51,932 bases of DNA from Catajapyx aquilonaris (taxonomy: Eukaryota): positions 1 to 51,932 of the forward strand of contig KZ538715.1 in assembly GCA_000934665.2 (NCBI GenBank), in the 5' to 3' direction. Every line of letters starts with the position of its first letter. The first letter of the stretch is position 1. Positions 1 through 12,454 of this stretch are shown here, in pieces. The notes beneath the pieces were generated by a model. That model was not told where the DNA came from and did not search any database. It saw only the letters and a list, made by a program, of their open reading frames with translations. The position numbers and the translations under genes were made by a program.

Positions 1-450
1 GGAGGATGGAAAAGATTTTGCACTTCCCGAGGTCGTAGAGCTCTGGTCGAAATTCCGTTGGATTTCTTGCCTCCGGTTTACCGATGCCAAAAATCCTCAT
101 AATCGCAAAATTACCAGCCGTTTTTGACTTGGCAAAAAGTCGACTTTTGCACGTGCCACCTTGGCCATCTGCTCGTCATTAAGCGACGGATGCCACCCCG
201 CTCCGACCAATTTTCGCGTAAAAAGACTTGCTCTGTTGGCATCGGAGACTGGGGTAAGTGTGGGGCGGCCGGGTGCACTGGGCCTCGGAGAGTTACAGAG
301 ACCGAGGAGGACCTGCGCGGGAGCGGACCAATTCGCGCCGCAGGCGCGCAAGTGGGGCGCAGGCCCACGGGGGGGGGGGGGGCTTCNNNNNNNNNNNNNC
401 CCCCCCCCCGCCCCACAAAGCGAGTACGTATATATAGGCCTATACGTATA

Positions 451-661
451 CGGGGTGTCTCAACTTTTTTGTCCGAACAATTATCGGAAATATTGCACTA
501 AGCTGCTTATTTTTTTAGCAGTGACTTGCAACCAGTGATGCTTCCCTGGCTTTATCAGTTGAGGGATGTGCCAGGAATGTTGGGGCATATTCTGGCTACA
601 TAGCTAGAAGATACATAGGCTTTTCCGATAACTGTTCGGACAAAAAAGTTGAGACACCCTT
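451..661. mobile_element. MITE family A, copy 1 (Tc1/mariner-type termini)
   Basis: TIRs cggggtgtctcaacttttttgtccgaaca(a)ttatcggaaa and tttccgataactgttcggacaaaaaagttgagacaccct. TA flanks. Same TIR at 32207-32537 and 43027-43237. Sits within short tatacgtatataggcct-like repeats. Confidence 0.9.
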
Positions 662-839
662 ATAAGGCTTCTATACGTATATAGGCCTCTTCTATACGTA
701 TATAGCGGCCTACCTTTCTTCTTTATCCAGCACTCGCTAAAAGGCAAAACAAAATGAAAATAGGTCGGGTTTTGAGAAAAATCCCCCTAGTCCCAGCCGG
801 GTCCTGTTTCCGAAAACATAAGCACTTAAACGCATTGGG

Positions 840-1100
840 AATAAGTGAGTATATCTAGCTGGAGGCTCGTTTCCTCGCATTCAAATGAGTTTCTTGAAGA
901 AATGCAAAGGCTGGAGCATTCAAAGAGGTTTCGGTTGGGTTTCCGGGAGTCTCCGAGGTCTTTCCGACAAGGCTACAATCGGAGTATAAGATGGGGTGTT
1001 TGGGAGGTTGAGGGGGTGGGGGAGTATACTCCAGAATATTGTTTCTCCTGGAGCAAACTTTGGGAACGCTTCAACTGTTGGGGGCTTGACTCTTAGAAAG
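840..1100 (-). pseudogene. possible highly degraded LINE endonuclease (APE) remnant
   Basis: Minus strand 902-882 reads FLQETHL, resembling the LQETH motif of non-LTR APE domains. The surrounding frame is broken by stops, so support is a single motif. Confidence 0.3.
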
Positions 1101-1651
1101 CCATTTCATTTACGGGTTGAGGCTATACTTTTTCTAAAACATGGGTTTCTGCAGTTGCCGCGAATAAAATTGCTAATTTTCCGCAACTTCCTCGTAGTTA
1201 GCGTTTTACTAAAGGCTTGCTTTTCCCTTTTGGTTAGAAACTCAGCCCCACTTCGACCACTGCTGTGGCACGGATTTGAATGTTAAGACTCTTGCTGGAG
1301 TTTAATTATTATCAGCCGTTGAATTTATATTACATTTCTGGCATAGCTTTATCAGATTTTCCATACAGGGCCTTTCCCTTGACCCGTATTTTATTCATTA
1401 TGAGTGGAGAGATTAGGAGCATACTGAAAGCTAGTTGGGTTTCTTGTGGTGGGCTTTTGCTGAGGAGAAACATAGCAACAGGCTGTTATAATCAATAGTG
1501 GAGGTAACAGTACTACAGTGTACAAGACACAAGTTGGCAGTTTTAATTTTGTGAAGAATGTGGTTTTCTGGTTGTGAAAGTCTTATAAGTTCACAGTGGG
1601 ACCAAACATCCGCAACATTTGCATCACCCTGTATATTTTATCGGAATAGGA

Positions 1652-2122
1652 CAGGGGCGGGCAAACTTTTTTCTCCTTGGGCAGCATAGAGATTTAAACC
1701 GCATCTAACAAAAGAAATTTCAACTTATAAAAAATTTTAAAATTATATATCCATCGTTTTAAATGATCTTCCATTAATTGCATAAATTATCATTTAAAGG
1801 CCGGTATCCACGTACGAGAATCTCGCATACGAGGAGCCGTTTCTACTTTTTCCCCCTTTCCTCGTATCTGGGCATGCGCAGTTGGCTCCTCGCGGCTCCT
1901 CGTATGCGAGATTCTCGTACGTGGATACCGGCATTAATTCTCTTAAAATCAATGAAAATGGCATGTATAAATAAAAAACAATTTTTGTGAATTAAAAAGA
2001 ATTAAAAAGAAAGGCACATGCATAAAATTTTGCAATTTCAATTTTTCAAAATTTTCAGTAATACCGAAATTTTTGCGCTGGCACACAAATTGTCTTCGCG
2101 GGCTGTAGTTTGCCCACCCCTG
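1652..2122. mobile_element. hAT-type MITE
   Basis: Termini caggggcgggcaaact ... agtttgcccacccctg. 8-bp TSD gaatagga (1644-1651) / aaatagga (2123-2130), 7/8 identical. Confidence 0.88.
1798..1934. mobile_element. small palindromic MITE (PIF/Harbinger-like) nested in the hAT MITE
   Basis: About 40-bp perfect inverted repeat gccggtatccacgtacgagaatctcgcatacgaggagccg / cggctcctcgtatgcgagattctcgtacgtggataccggc. TAA on both flanks. Confidence 0.85.
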
Positions 2123-3304
2123 AAATAGGATGATTACAGGGAATCTCCGTTCACAATGTCTTATGAAAGAATCTGTGGATAATTAAACCCTATGCAAGAC
2201 CTCATTGTGTGCTTCATCATGAGCCAATAATTACCCTCACCGTTTCAGGGGAAAAAAAATCTATACAGTTTTTTCATCGGCAGAGGAGCAGTCGCAGTCG
2301 TTTCCTTCGATTGATCTGGCTATACCTCGAGTGGTTCTGATTGGATATAGTGAACATGGGCATATACTGCTTGTAATGGTTCCATTAAAAGCCCTCTAAT
2401 CATGCGAAAGTTATAGAATTTGAAGGGAAACCATTTTGGACAGTGACCAACTATACACTTTTTTACCAAACCTCCCCGTATAGTGCAAGTATTATGGCTT
2501 GCGTAACGTTAAAAAATGACAGCTATTCGTAGTAAAATGGCACATGATGACAAAATACTGATGACTGTCACCGCAGCATAAATAGCCCCATGCAAAATAG
2601 CAAGATTACGTTTTATCCCCCTTTTTTGTTGGCAATTACGCCTCGAAATAAAGAGATCCGTGATGTCATCACGACGTGCAGATTGCCATGCTCCTATTGG
2701 TCATTTTTTTCTATAGGAAAGGCATGCGATAATGGCAGATTCTTTTTGACGCCGGAAGCTCAATAAGGCGCATAAATATTACGTCATTTCCACTCAAATC
2801 AGACGATAATGCGTCATTTTAGTATTCGCCCGGAGAATCCCAATCAATAATTCATCACCTTCTAAGGAAATGAGGAAAATCATGCATTTTCCCATTTCGA
2901 AAATAAGAAGCCAAAAGTAAGTCAGCCGTTGTAATTACCGGAAGTGGTCAATGAATAACACACAAGCCTATACGACTTTCATTACTGGAGGAGACCTGTG
3001 GGAAATGAAGATTGTCAAGACGCAACATTGCCTATACACTGTAATGTTATGTCTGCACCTTTCCTAAGAAGCGTATTTCAATAGCCTAATCCATGACCTT
3101 TTCAATCGAATGAATGGGGATTTTTTTATAGCACCATTCCTTGTCTACTGTATACCTTGGGAGCGGCTATGAATAATAACCGAGGCCCAAGAAGTAACGA
3201 TAACAACCAGGATATTTTGAACGATCAAAGGAGAAGTAAGCCTATATGCTAAACTAACTGTGCAGCGAACCTATGGAGCTTCCAAGCATATCTATTTCTT
3301 TCAG

Positions 3305-3346
3305 GTGGAACAAATAGCTATCGAGAGCATGCAGGCTGCACAGTAA
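3305..3346 (+). CDS. candidate terminal coding exon (VEQIAIESMQAAQ*), gene unknown
   Basis: Strong acceptor tctatttctttcag|G followed by a short open frame to TAA. No partner exon identified. Confidence 0.2.
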   Translation: MEQIAIESMQAAQ

Positions 3347-3419
3347 CGGTGGTTATATTATAATGACAAGTCATGCCTCATAGAGTCGACATAATAATAT
3401 AGTAAGGTTATATCCTTGA

Positions 3420-3720
3420 CTAGCTGCAGCACCCGGCGTTGCCCGGGAAGATATGAATGAAGGGAAAACACCTGCCAGTAGCCCCGTCAACTGTCAGTCT
3501 TTCTGTCTGTCCGCCCACCAATGCCATCTGTGGTCCTGCTACTCCAACACCTTCAACCTCTCCAGCCTGTATAACGGCAACAGTCACTTGCCTGCCATCT
3601 GTAGTCAACCCCCAACACCTCCATCCTCTCCCGGCATGGGGGTAGAGCACAGATGGCAGGCAAATGACGGTTGGCAGGCGGACAGACAGACAGACTTACA
3701 AACGGCTTTATTTATATAGA
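3420..3720 (-). mobile_element. non-autonomous Helitron, copy 1
   Basis: Minus strand starts TCTATATAAATAAAGCCG, contains (CTGT)n, and ends with hairpin CCCGGGCAACGCCGGG followed by ...GCAGCTAG|T. Homologous to 23561-23812 and 47151-47438. Confidence 0.88.
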
Positions 3721-4245
3721 GGATAACAGTAATTGACTGCATTATTTATCCCAATATTGAGGTAATATGTCATAGGAATTTTCGAGGGTTTTTTTGTTGT
3801 AACTTTGTCTTTCTATAGTTTGGCTGGCTGAACACTAACGTGCCACAGAACTTGAATATTCTAGCAGTATACTCTCTTTAACTCGTGCCCTCTCAAGAGA
3901 TAGCACAAACTAGTTGTTTGGTACGTTATCCTGAGAAGAAACGAATAGTATACAGAGTGAGTCATCGGGTCCCCAGGGTACGCCCAGGGTACTTGGCCCA
4001 ATACAAGTCTAAAATGCAGATGTGGGTAATATCGCAACGACGGAGACGACGATGAACTTTATTTGGGTGCGCCTTAGACAAACGTGGTCACATACTTTGC
4101 ATATTATCCTGTGCGTGGAATTCATGCACAAAATAAGATCGAGAGCCGACTAAGGCGACTACAGCGCTCACAATTAGCCTACTGAACAAAATCTGCTACC
4201 AGGTTTCGAAATGCTTCATTCGACATGGTGTATGTGTACACTGCA

Positions 4246-4519
4246 CAGTGTTGGACATTAATCGTGTCATACTGCTTGAGACATTTCTGTTGCGGCAGAA
4301 GTGCAAATCGAAGTGTGAGCCGTGCGAGTAAGAAGAGGTAGGCCTGGAGTGACGTCACCGGCTGGGGGGCAATGGAGAAAAGGCTTGTCCCCAGCCAGTG
4401 ACGTCACGCAAGGGCTGCCATTTCTTACTCGCACGGCTTGCACTCTATCACTTCGATTTGCACGTCCGCCGAATCGGAAAATGTCGCTAGCAGTATGACG
4501 GAATTAATGTCCGGCACTG
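4246..4519. mobile_element. MITE family C, copy 1 (CAGTG termini, Tc1/mariner-type)
   Basis: Imperfect whole-element palindrome cagtgttggacattaat ... attaatgtccggcactg|ta. Near-identical copy at 5659-5891. Confidence 0.88.
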
Positions 4520-5658
4520 TACAGTGAGAAGTCTGTGACATCCTATGTGGCTAAATATTAATTTTTTGGGCCAAATTCTTTACGAAAATATTACGGCCAC
4601 GTAGTACTTATACTTGCGGGATGCGGTAGGTAATTAAAACCCATTCTTCAGATGGAAAAGTGGCAAAAATAAACCATAAATATTGCTTTAAGCATTGTTA
4701 TAAATTTAAATAACGGACATTCTGTAAATGAACTTGGAGGTATGCAAAACTGTGCAAAATAATATTGCCATTCTGCCACAGTATTTGTTCAAGATGAACT
4801 TTAATAAATAAAAATGTCCGAGAATTGCGGGCCTCAAATTACAAGTAAGTTCGTTCATTAAAAATGTAAAATTACCGTGTGCTGCTATACGATGCATATT
4901 GTGAGGAAGGACATGCAATAAAGGACAATAGCATAATTGGGATTATTTTCTCCGCCTCAAACAATGAAAAATATTCAAATTAATGAAAAGTTTACATCAG
5001 TTATAGACCTTGAAAGAGTTCTGGATATAATGAGCTGTTTCACTTATAATACTTATATTGTACATAAGCAAAAACCTTGACATTTCCGAGAAATTCTCAT
5101 GAGGTGTGCGTATAAGAAGGCAGAAAGGTATCATTATAAGAAAATCTCCACATTTATATAAAGAATATTATTGCTCTTCCTCGGTAATAAGCCCCAATCA
5201 AGGTGAAGGACACAAACATATTGCGAGGTGGATTGCATCCCTTGTATTCTTAGCTCCTCTCCCTGACCTTGTAACAGGCTCAGAAAAATAACAGCCAGAT
5301 AAATATAACTGTTGCAAAATGCCCTTCTCTTGCTGGACACCTAATGGTTCCGTACATTATTTTCTATAACAAAGGTATCCCTTTTGATTAGACGAATTTT
5401 TGCTGGGAGACTCCCAGCGGGAGTCTATAAGAAACATTTGCTTCCTAGCAGATCTAGCTCCTGTTGTACGGAGGATGTGGGCGTGTGGCTATATTACATT
5501 GGCGAATGAATGCCTCTTGATGATGTGACCTTCGTCTTCATCCTGACCCATTATGCAACCGCACCCTTGTCGCTTGTGCAGTATAACCCACAGGCGCAAG
5601 AAATAGCAGAGAGAACTACTCGTACAGTAGAAATGAGCATCCTGAGTTGAATCACAGA

Positions 5659-5891
5659 GCGACATTTGCTGTTGCGGCAGAAGTGCAAATCGAAGTGTGA
5701 GGCGGGCGAGTAAGAAGAGGTAGGCCTTGAGTGACGTCACCGGCTGGGGGGCAATGGAGTCCCGAGCCAGTGACGTCACCCAAGGGCTACCATTTCTTAC
5801 TCGCACGGCTCGCACTCTATCACTTCGATTTGCACGTCTGCCGCATCGGAAAACGTCGCTAGCAGTATGACGGAATTAATGACCAGCACTA
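5659..5891. mobile_element. MITE family C, copy 2 (left end truncated)
   Basis: Direct homology with about 4279-4519 (gttgcggcagaagtgcaaatcgaagtgtga ... gctagcagtatgacggaattaat). Confidence 0.88.
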
Positions 5892-8206
5892 TACCGCATA
5901 TATTAATACGGAAAAAATTCAGTTGGTGGCTATAAACAAGTCAGTGACACAAACGTCCAAGTGAAACATTCCTTCCTAGTAGTTTTCAGCCGCCATGGTA
6001 TGCATCTATGCTCATTAAAACCTTGATTACCATCATCTCCCTGGTACATACTAACTGCTAAGTAAAAGCAATGAAATGTCCTCATCATTGACGCTACAGC
6101 TTCCAAAATAATGAAAGCTCAGGCTGCCTGCTGCTGTAACGCCACGAAACACGAGACGTAGCCTATATGAATCGAATGTGAGCCCTGTATATACGATATG
6201 TCTGAACAGGAAAGAGATTATCCCTCCAGGGAATAAAACGATGCCACCAAAACCTGTAGTCATGTTCAGCGGGGGTTACACACAACAGCAAGATGCAAAG
6301 TGACTGGAAATCAAGTGAAAGTTAAGGGAATGGGAAAAAAAAGAATGATGATGTCGCCTTGTGCCAGTAATAGGAGATTGGGAGTAGATGTTGATGACAA
6401 CATTAATTTGAAACTCTTCCTTTATCGAGGATGTACCAAGTATAACGTCTCCTTTCAGTCTTGATTACAAGTGCTATTTGCGCCCCTAATATGTCATGTG
6501 ATTCTTGCTGCAGACTTTTTAGTAGCTCATAAACCGCTGCATTGGGGTTAGAAAATGTGGCAATAAACCCGAGTCATTTTTGTATGTGTAACACATTTAT
6601 GCTGTGACTTGCCTTAGGGGTTTTTTTCCCCCTGAAACTTCCGGAGAGGTTGCAAATGACCTTTTTGTTTATTTGGAACAAGACTACTCAGATGCTAACG
6701 GTGTTGATCACACAACTTTTACCAACTACTGATTCAGTACATATATGATGCGTGATTATGCAAATAACCGGTCAAAAAGTAATAGTCTAGCATGCTGTCC
6801 GTGATAGCTGGTGCAATTGCGAATGCCATCATGCATGTGCGGATAATTGCCAAAATAGATTTTTGGCCAGCATTTGACGCGTTTCGAACCTGGCAATTTT
6901 CATAACGAATGAATTGGCAGAATATTAAAATTGAGGTCATACCTCTCACGTCCATAAAAAAGGCAATAATAAATATTAACCAACACGTTACATGTTTTCC
7001 TGACTGATTAGTTTGGACTCCCTGATAAGTGACCATCAGAATTAGTTTACCAAAATGGTGGCATTAAAAATTCTTCCGATCATCGGTTAAACGTGCCACG
7101 TTTCCCCCCCCCCCCCCCCCCCCNCCCCCCCCCACCAATTATCAGGTTCATGTTGATTTGTGTGATGAAACTTTTTAAACCAATCAGTTTTGATACACCG
7201 GTGATGTCACTAAAAAATCAACAATGCCCCATGGCACGCAATCGAATCCAAGTAACTAAGATTGAAGCCCAGCAGCACCTCCTGCCGGGGATCGATGAAA
7301 TCACCCACTACACACGACCCACAGGATCCGGAAAGAGCTAGAGGTTAAAGGTTACATTGTAAGCTATTACATAATCCAGTGATAATCGCTTAATAGCTCA
7401 CGCTTTTGTCGACCGATTTATCAAAATCAGTTAAGTCCCTAGTTTCTAATCCTATTTCCCCAATGTCAGACTCACTCGGAGGAAGCTCTAAACCCCCCCC
7501 CCCAAAAAAAAATGCAATTATGTCCACAGAATCGCTTATCTGGATGGATTGCACAAGCAGTGTACTTGGGGGGGGGGGGGGGGGGNGGGGGGATAAAACG
7601 ACAGGATGGCAAATGGAGCCCCGGTATCCCAGGTTGAGTATATACTCGTTAGAAATTACCTTCAGCGCTTAATTATGCAGCTTGTTATTTTGCCCAAGCT
7701 AAAAGTTGTTGCAAGGAAGTTCGGGACCGCAATTAGTGTAAAAGGCAATGCGTAAATAAGAGGCATCTGACAAGTTTAGCGTCAGAACTTGTCCCAAGTG
7801 GCGCCTACGGAGATAATGGCGCCAAGGCTGAGAGACGGCGCACTTAATCCGTCAGATGCTCGACTAACAACTTGCTTTCTGTATTCATTCCTGCCATTTT
7901 CAAAACACCTTTAGTCGGCCCACCAAAGCGGGACTTTTCAAATCCTCTCCAGCAGGACTACAAAAGGCCCCTTTGCAAGATGGCTGCGCACGACTACAGA
8001 TGATACAGAAATAGCACCCTATACCCAAAAGGTATAGGAACATGGTAATCATCAATCAAGGCGTACTTAGCCCAAAGGCTACAAATATGAGAACCAATTT
8101 TCTATGCCTGTCAACTTCAGCGCTGTTGGCTGGGGACCACCGACAGAATGACCAACGAATATGACCGTGGGGCCTGTCGCAAAATAATGACTTGCTCACA
8201 AATTAC

Positions 8207-8249
8207 CTTCATCGCCATCACCTTCGTTATGCCGCATATCAAAAGCCAA
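8207..8249 (-). CDS. candidate internal micro-exon (LAFDMRHNEGDGDE), gene unknown
   Basis: Acceptor tacttctgcag| and donor GAAG|gtaatt. 43 nt, open in phase 0, compatible with the candidate first exon at 12431-12454. Confidence 0.4.
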
Positions 8250-8589
8250 CTGCAGAAGTATTTTGAGCCGAGCTTCGCAAAAGTAACGCGCCGCATCAAA
8301 TAATCGACTGAAATGATATTCATTTGCAAGGCAAATCGATCTAGAAATTGAGTATCATTTAACGCTAATGGTCTTCTTTGGCAATTCTGAAAAACGCAGA
8401 ATGGCAAAAAATTTTAAAAATAACATTGACTGCAAAATAGTTGATTCAAACAGTTCATAGAAAGTAGCTCCTTTAGACAAAAAAAAAAATGAGAACTTGT
8501 GACCGACAGTAGTATCTATTGATATGACATGACGAAAGACATTGGGTGTCATAAAATAATAACCTGACACGATACATTTAATGAATGCG

Positions 8590-8622
8590 TACTACTACTA
8601 CTAGGCTACTACTACTACTACT
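8590..8622. repeat. (TAC)n microsatellite interrupted by GGCTA
   Basis: tactactactacta-ggcta-ctactactactact. Confidence 0.9.
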
Positions 8623-9957
8623 CTTTGTGTCAAATGACACAGGTGTGACATGTGATATGACACAATTGCCTAATTCTGTGCAAAGACACGTCAAAACATG
8701 GTTTTATGCAGCAGAATATGTGCCTTTCAACTCGTATTATCGCAGCGTATACATTTTACAGTGTCAGTTTCGGCGAAAAGTAGACATTTTGTTAAAAAGT
8801 GTCGAAACGTTTTCTGTGAATAAGTCGAATAGCGAAAGGGAAATAAATCTCATGATTTTGGCCATTATTGGATCCAAACGGACATATCACTTCCGTCCCT
8901 GCCAAAACGAGGTGCCTGAAATCCTCCAGGCACAAAAACGAATCTTCGAATTTCTAGAAGCATTTTCACATTGCGCCGAAGAATTGGCTTTCGACATCCG
9001 CATACCACACTTGACATACAAGTTGAGGTTTCAAAAACCACATTCGATCTTTTACCACGTCATCCTCCCACACTCTTCTCAGAAATGCCTGCTTCTGGAA
9101 GCCACAGTATGACTGGTAGGATTTTTTTACAGAGCTGTTAGAGGGATACAGTAAATTGTTGACGATTCTTAGAATTATTTTCATAAATGCTCAGTAATGC
9201 AACTACAATTAAATGAGCATCTATTATTGGCAACTATTGGTACACTCTGTACCTCAGTTTTGCGGTACGAAAGTGGATTATAAAACTACTGTCACATTTT
9301 GAAAGAGTTAAAAACATTTTGACAAAAGACACTTGAGAACGAAAAGGGTACCATCTTTATTTTCCACACCGCACTTAATTCTTCTGGTTGATGTTAAATC
9401 GGCTCAGTCACGAACTAAATTAAAGCTTTCATTACCAGAGCTGCAAAATTATCGTTTAGTGTAATCCAATGAGCCGATTACAGTGTTCCGAATACATTAG
9501 ATAAGGTTTTCCTTAATGGCATAATGTTTTTTTTTTTTTAAAAAAAAAAGGTCACGGGGGGCCAGTGGTCTCTGCAAAAAAGGGAGCAACACCCGTGACC
9601 AAAGGCCCCTGGACACAGCGGGCTCCCGACACAAAACCATAAAATAAAACGCGATTATGAATGCCGATAATTACATCTGACCCTGCACTACTTTGTTCGA
9701 TATTTGCAGTACTCCAACAGTCCGGTGAAGATCCCTTCCAGGACAGATTTTGTGACGTACCACGATCATTTTATTGGAAATTGTTCCTAATAATATTATA
9801 TGAAAAAGTTAAAAATCAGTTTGAAAATTAAGTTTTTTTCCCTCCAAATTGTCAATTTCCAAGATGTGATTTTCACAAGTCAGACAATAGATTTTTAATA
9901 ACAAAGTTAAAATTTTCAACTATGTTATCAGGCACAACTTTCAATAAAATGATGATA

Positions 9958-10020
9958 GTACTATATACGCCAAATTGTTTCATACCCCCGGGGTATGAAA
10001 CAATTTGGCGTATATAGTAC
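9958..10020. repeat. perfect 63-bp palindrome (31-bp arms, 1-nt spacer)
   Basis: gtactatatacgccaaattgtttcatacccc-c-ggggtatgaaacaatttggcgtatatagtac. Confidence 0.95.
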
Positions 10021-11668
10021 ATCGCAATCAATTCTGGAAGACATCCTTTCGGACACAAGTATAGACATATCTGTCCTTCCAACTCAACACCGACAAAGGA
10101 CTTTATCACCCACACATGTTATCTAATTATTGGTCTAAATATTATGCAGGTGCATTCATTTACGCGCACTACTTGTATGTGGTGCTGATAAGACTCTGAC
10201 GTCGAATGCAACGTTAGAGCCTACCAGTCCATAAATAATGAAGTAGCCTACCCCACATGACAACGCCAGACTTCCATGCATAATTAAATTAGGTAGTTGG
10301 TGAATACCTGACTACGAGCGAAATCTCTGGGGGCTTTTTCTTTGAATCAGTAATTATGTGGCTTGTCGTGATTCTAGTGGAGGGAGCACCTGATCGACAG
10401 GTCACGGCCATGCTGCGTAATCAAATTTATACGCTGAAAGTACACCTCCAGTAGGATCAAAACAAAGGTATTGGATGTAATACCGTTATTACCTAACAAC
10501 TTGGCATTTCATCAAGTAAACCGTGTTTTTATCTAATTTTCCATTAGCATTACACGCCATATTAATCCTTCTTTACATAGAATCAGCGGATTCTTTAACT
10601 TAGTTCTTCTCTAATATAGTGTATTGGGAACTTTCGCCGCCGTTTGCACTAATCCCATTACGTGGAATGGCTGGATTCTGAGCCTGCTTTATACCAACTC
10701 TTATTGGATAATTATCCTACACTGCAGCGTCAGCTCGGCCAAAATGTCATGCGTTGACAGGATTCCGATTACTGAATATTATTGCATATCTGTATTTCAA
10801 CAGATATAACAACCGTGAAACATTACGTCATTGGAGAGAGAAGAGTGCCTGAATTTTTTATATCTAGGCTTATGTATAGTGAGGATTAACGTTAGCCTCT
10901 TTGGGTCACTTCGTAAAGTTCAGTTAGCGTACCTGCTACTGGAATTCTGGTTTTAACATTAGGAGCACTGGTCTTATCTGAATTCTATCCCCTCACACTA
11001 ACACATAATGATATAACTATGCGATAAGGCCGTTCGAAAGACGCGGGGGTTGGTACGTGATGCATTTAGAATAATTTTCACAAAACCTCGTGAGAGTCTT
11101 ATCTCTCTGTAGGATACCACGGTTTGGTTTTGGGTGAGGTTACGATAAGACGATGGATCATCGTTGACCTGTAAGTTTAAACGCAAGGACAAAATACATT
11201 GCTAAATAAGCTGTAAGAAAATCACAATTAATATTCATCCGGGTCTTTCTAATCATTTAGTGAGGGACATTTGAAAGACATTCAGCACAAATCGTTTCCT
11301 GATTTAATAGTCCATCATGTGCATCGGAATTTTTATGGAAAATGGCATGACAGACCCGAGTTCCCGTTGTGCAATAATTGGTGCATGAATACTCATCAAG
11401 ATGAAAAAGGAAATCCCGCACACAAATTGCGTTTTTTCTCCTCCTCTAACGCATCAATATTGCTGCCATTCGCTTTGCTTCTGGCTCAAATTCCCCAATC
11501 GAATCAACACCAATCATTTCAAGCTCGCTGATATTGCACATATTTGAACATGCATTGACTTCCAACCTCATCCTTCTCCTCAACTCCCAATCTCTAATTC
11601 CCACATTGTCACCGAGAATTTTTTGTGTGCCAATCCACGTCGACAATTTGCATTTGTGCAACCCTCAG

Positions 11669-11740
11669 TGCCCCTGCTGGGAATTGAACCCAGGTCCACG
11701 TACAGCACGTGCGTGTGTTCTACCACTGAACTACAGAGGC
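11669..11740 (-). pseudogene. tRNA-like sequence (tRNA pseudogene or SINE head) with a non-canonical anticodon arm
   Basis: Minus strand GCCTCTG TA GTTC AGTGGTA GAAC A CACGCACGTGCTGTACGTGGAC CTGGG TTCAATT CCCAG CAGGGGC A. The 7-bp acceptor stem, D arm, T arm and A/B boxes are intact, but the 5-bp stem/7-nt loop anticodon arm does not pair. Confidence 0.75.
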
Positions 11741-11928
11741 TTCTGGGTTGATCCCAATGCGAAATGATACTTTATGCATCATTGTACTGCGTAAAACACG
11801 AAAATAATTGTATCAAAATTTATATGCGGTTAACATTTCAGGACATCAAGGCATGTTCTTCAATAGTGCTCTTCTATACCTGCTTTGTAAACCCAAACAA
11901 AAAGACACACCAAAGTTGTGCCTAACGT

Positions 11929-12256
11929 AAACTAGGCACCAACTTGCCAAAATTTGACAAAAAGTAGGCAAAATTGCGAAAGTGGAGAGAGAGGGAGAGA
12001 CGCGAACCAGGCAGCGACATACGACTGCGAAGTTCCGAAGTAAGCCAGTCGCCACCCTGGAGGTGGCGCCCTGCGGCCGGAAAGGCGTTTATGGGAACTT
12101 CGTGGAAAGGTCGCGGTGGTTTTTGCGTTTTATAAATTCCATTGACACTATTTCCAAAAAACAACAGTTTATTGCAAATATAGAAAACGCGGGATAAATT
12201 GTGACATCCCTCCCAATACTGTAGGTCGTACACAGCGGGAGGAATCGCCCTCACAG
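11929..12256 (-). mobile_element. dispersed repeat family D, copy 1 (one DNA-transposon-like end, TA|CTGTGA)
   Basis: Reverse-complement homology over about 330 bp with 41340-41672. Both copies have a TA next to the CTGTGA end. Confidence 0.85.
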
Positions 12257-12430
12257 TAGTGTACTAATAATATCTAGATGAGTTTTTAATGATTCACAAA
12301 TCAGCAACTGACACTGATGATTAGCCTGATTTGCAAACTTGATTGTATTCGCCTTTTACTTCCTCGCGTTTCAGTCCATTTCAGAGAGGTGCACGTCTTA
12401 TTTGCTGAGCTTTCCAAGCACGGTTCTCAC

Positions 12431-12454
12431 CTTGTCGCCGATTCTCTTCGCCAT
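12431..12454 (-). CDS. candidate first coding exon (MAKRIGDK), gene unknown
   Basis: aagATGGCG start context, donor AAG|gtgaga, and a GC-box-like gggcggg about 30 nt upstream. Phase 0 fits 8207-8249. Confidence 0.35.

Noticed and set aside
97..538. Overlapping GC-rich ORFs on both strands
   Set aside because: They span an N gap, homopolymers and a MITE. Stop scarcity is explained by GC content.
8585..9112. Longest ORF (175 aa) with a signal-peptide-like MRTTTTRLLLLLL start
   Set aside because: The N-terminus is a translated (TAC)n microsatellite and the rest has no recognisable domain. Likely a chance ORF.
11669..11740. Functional tRNA gene
   Set aside because: The canonical anticodon stem-loop cannot form and there is no adjacent oligo-T terminator. 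Kept only as tRNA-like.
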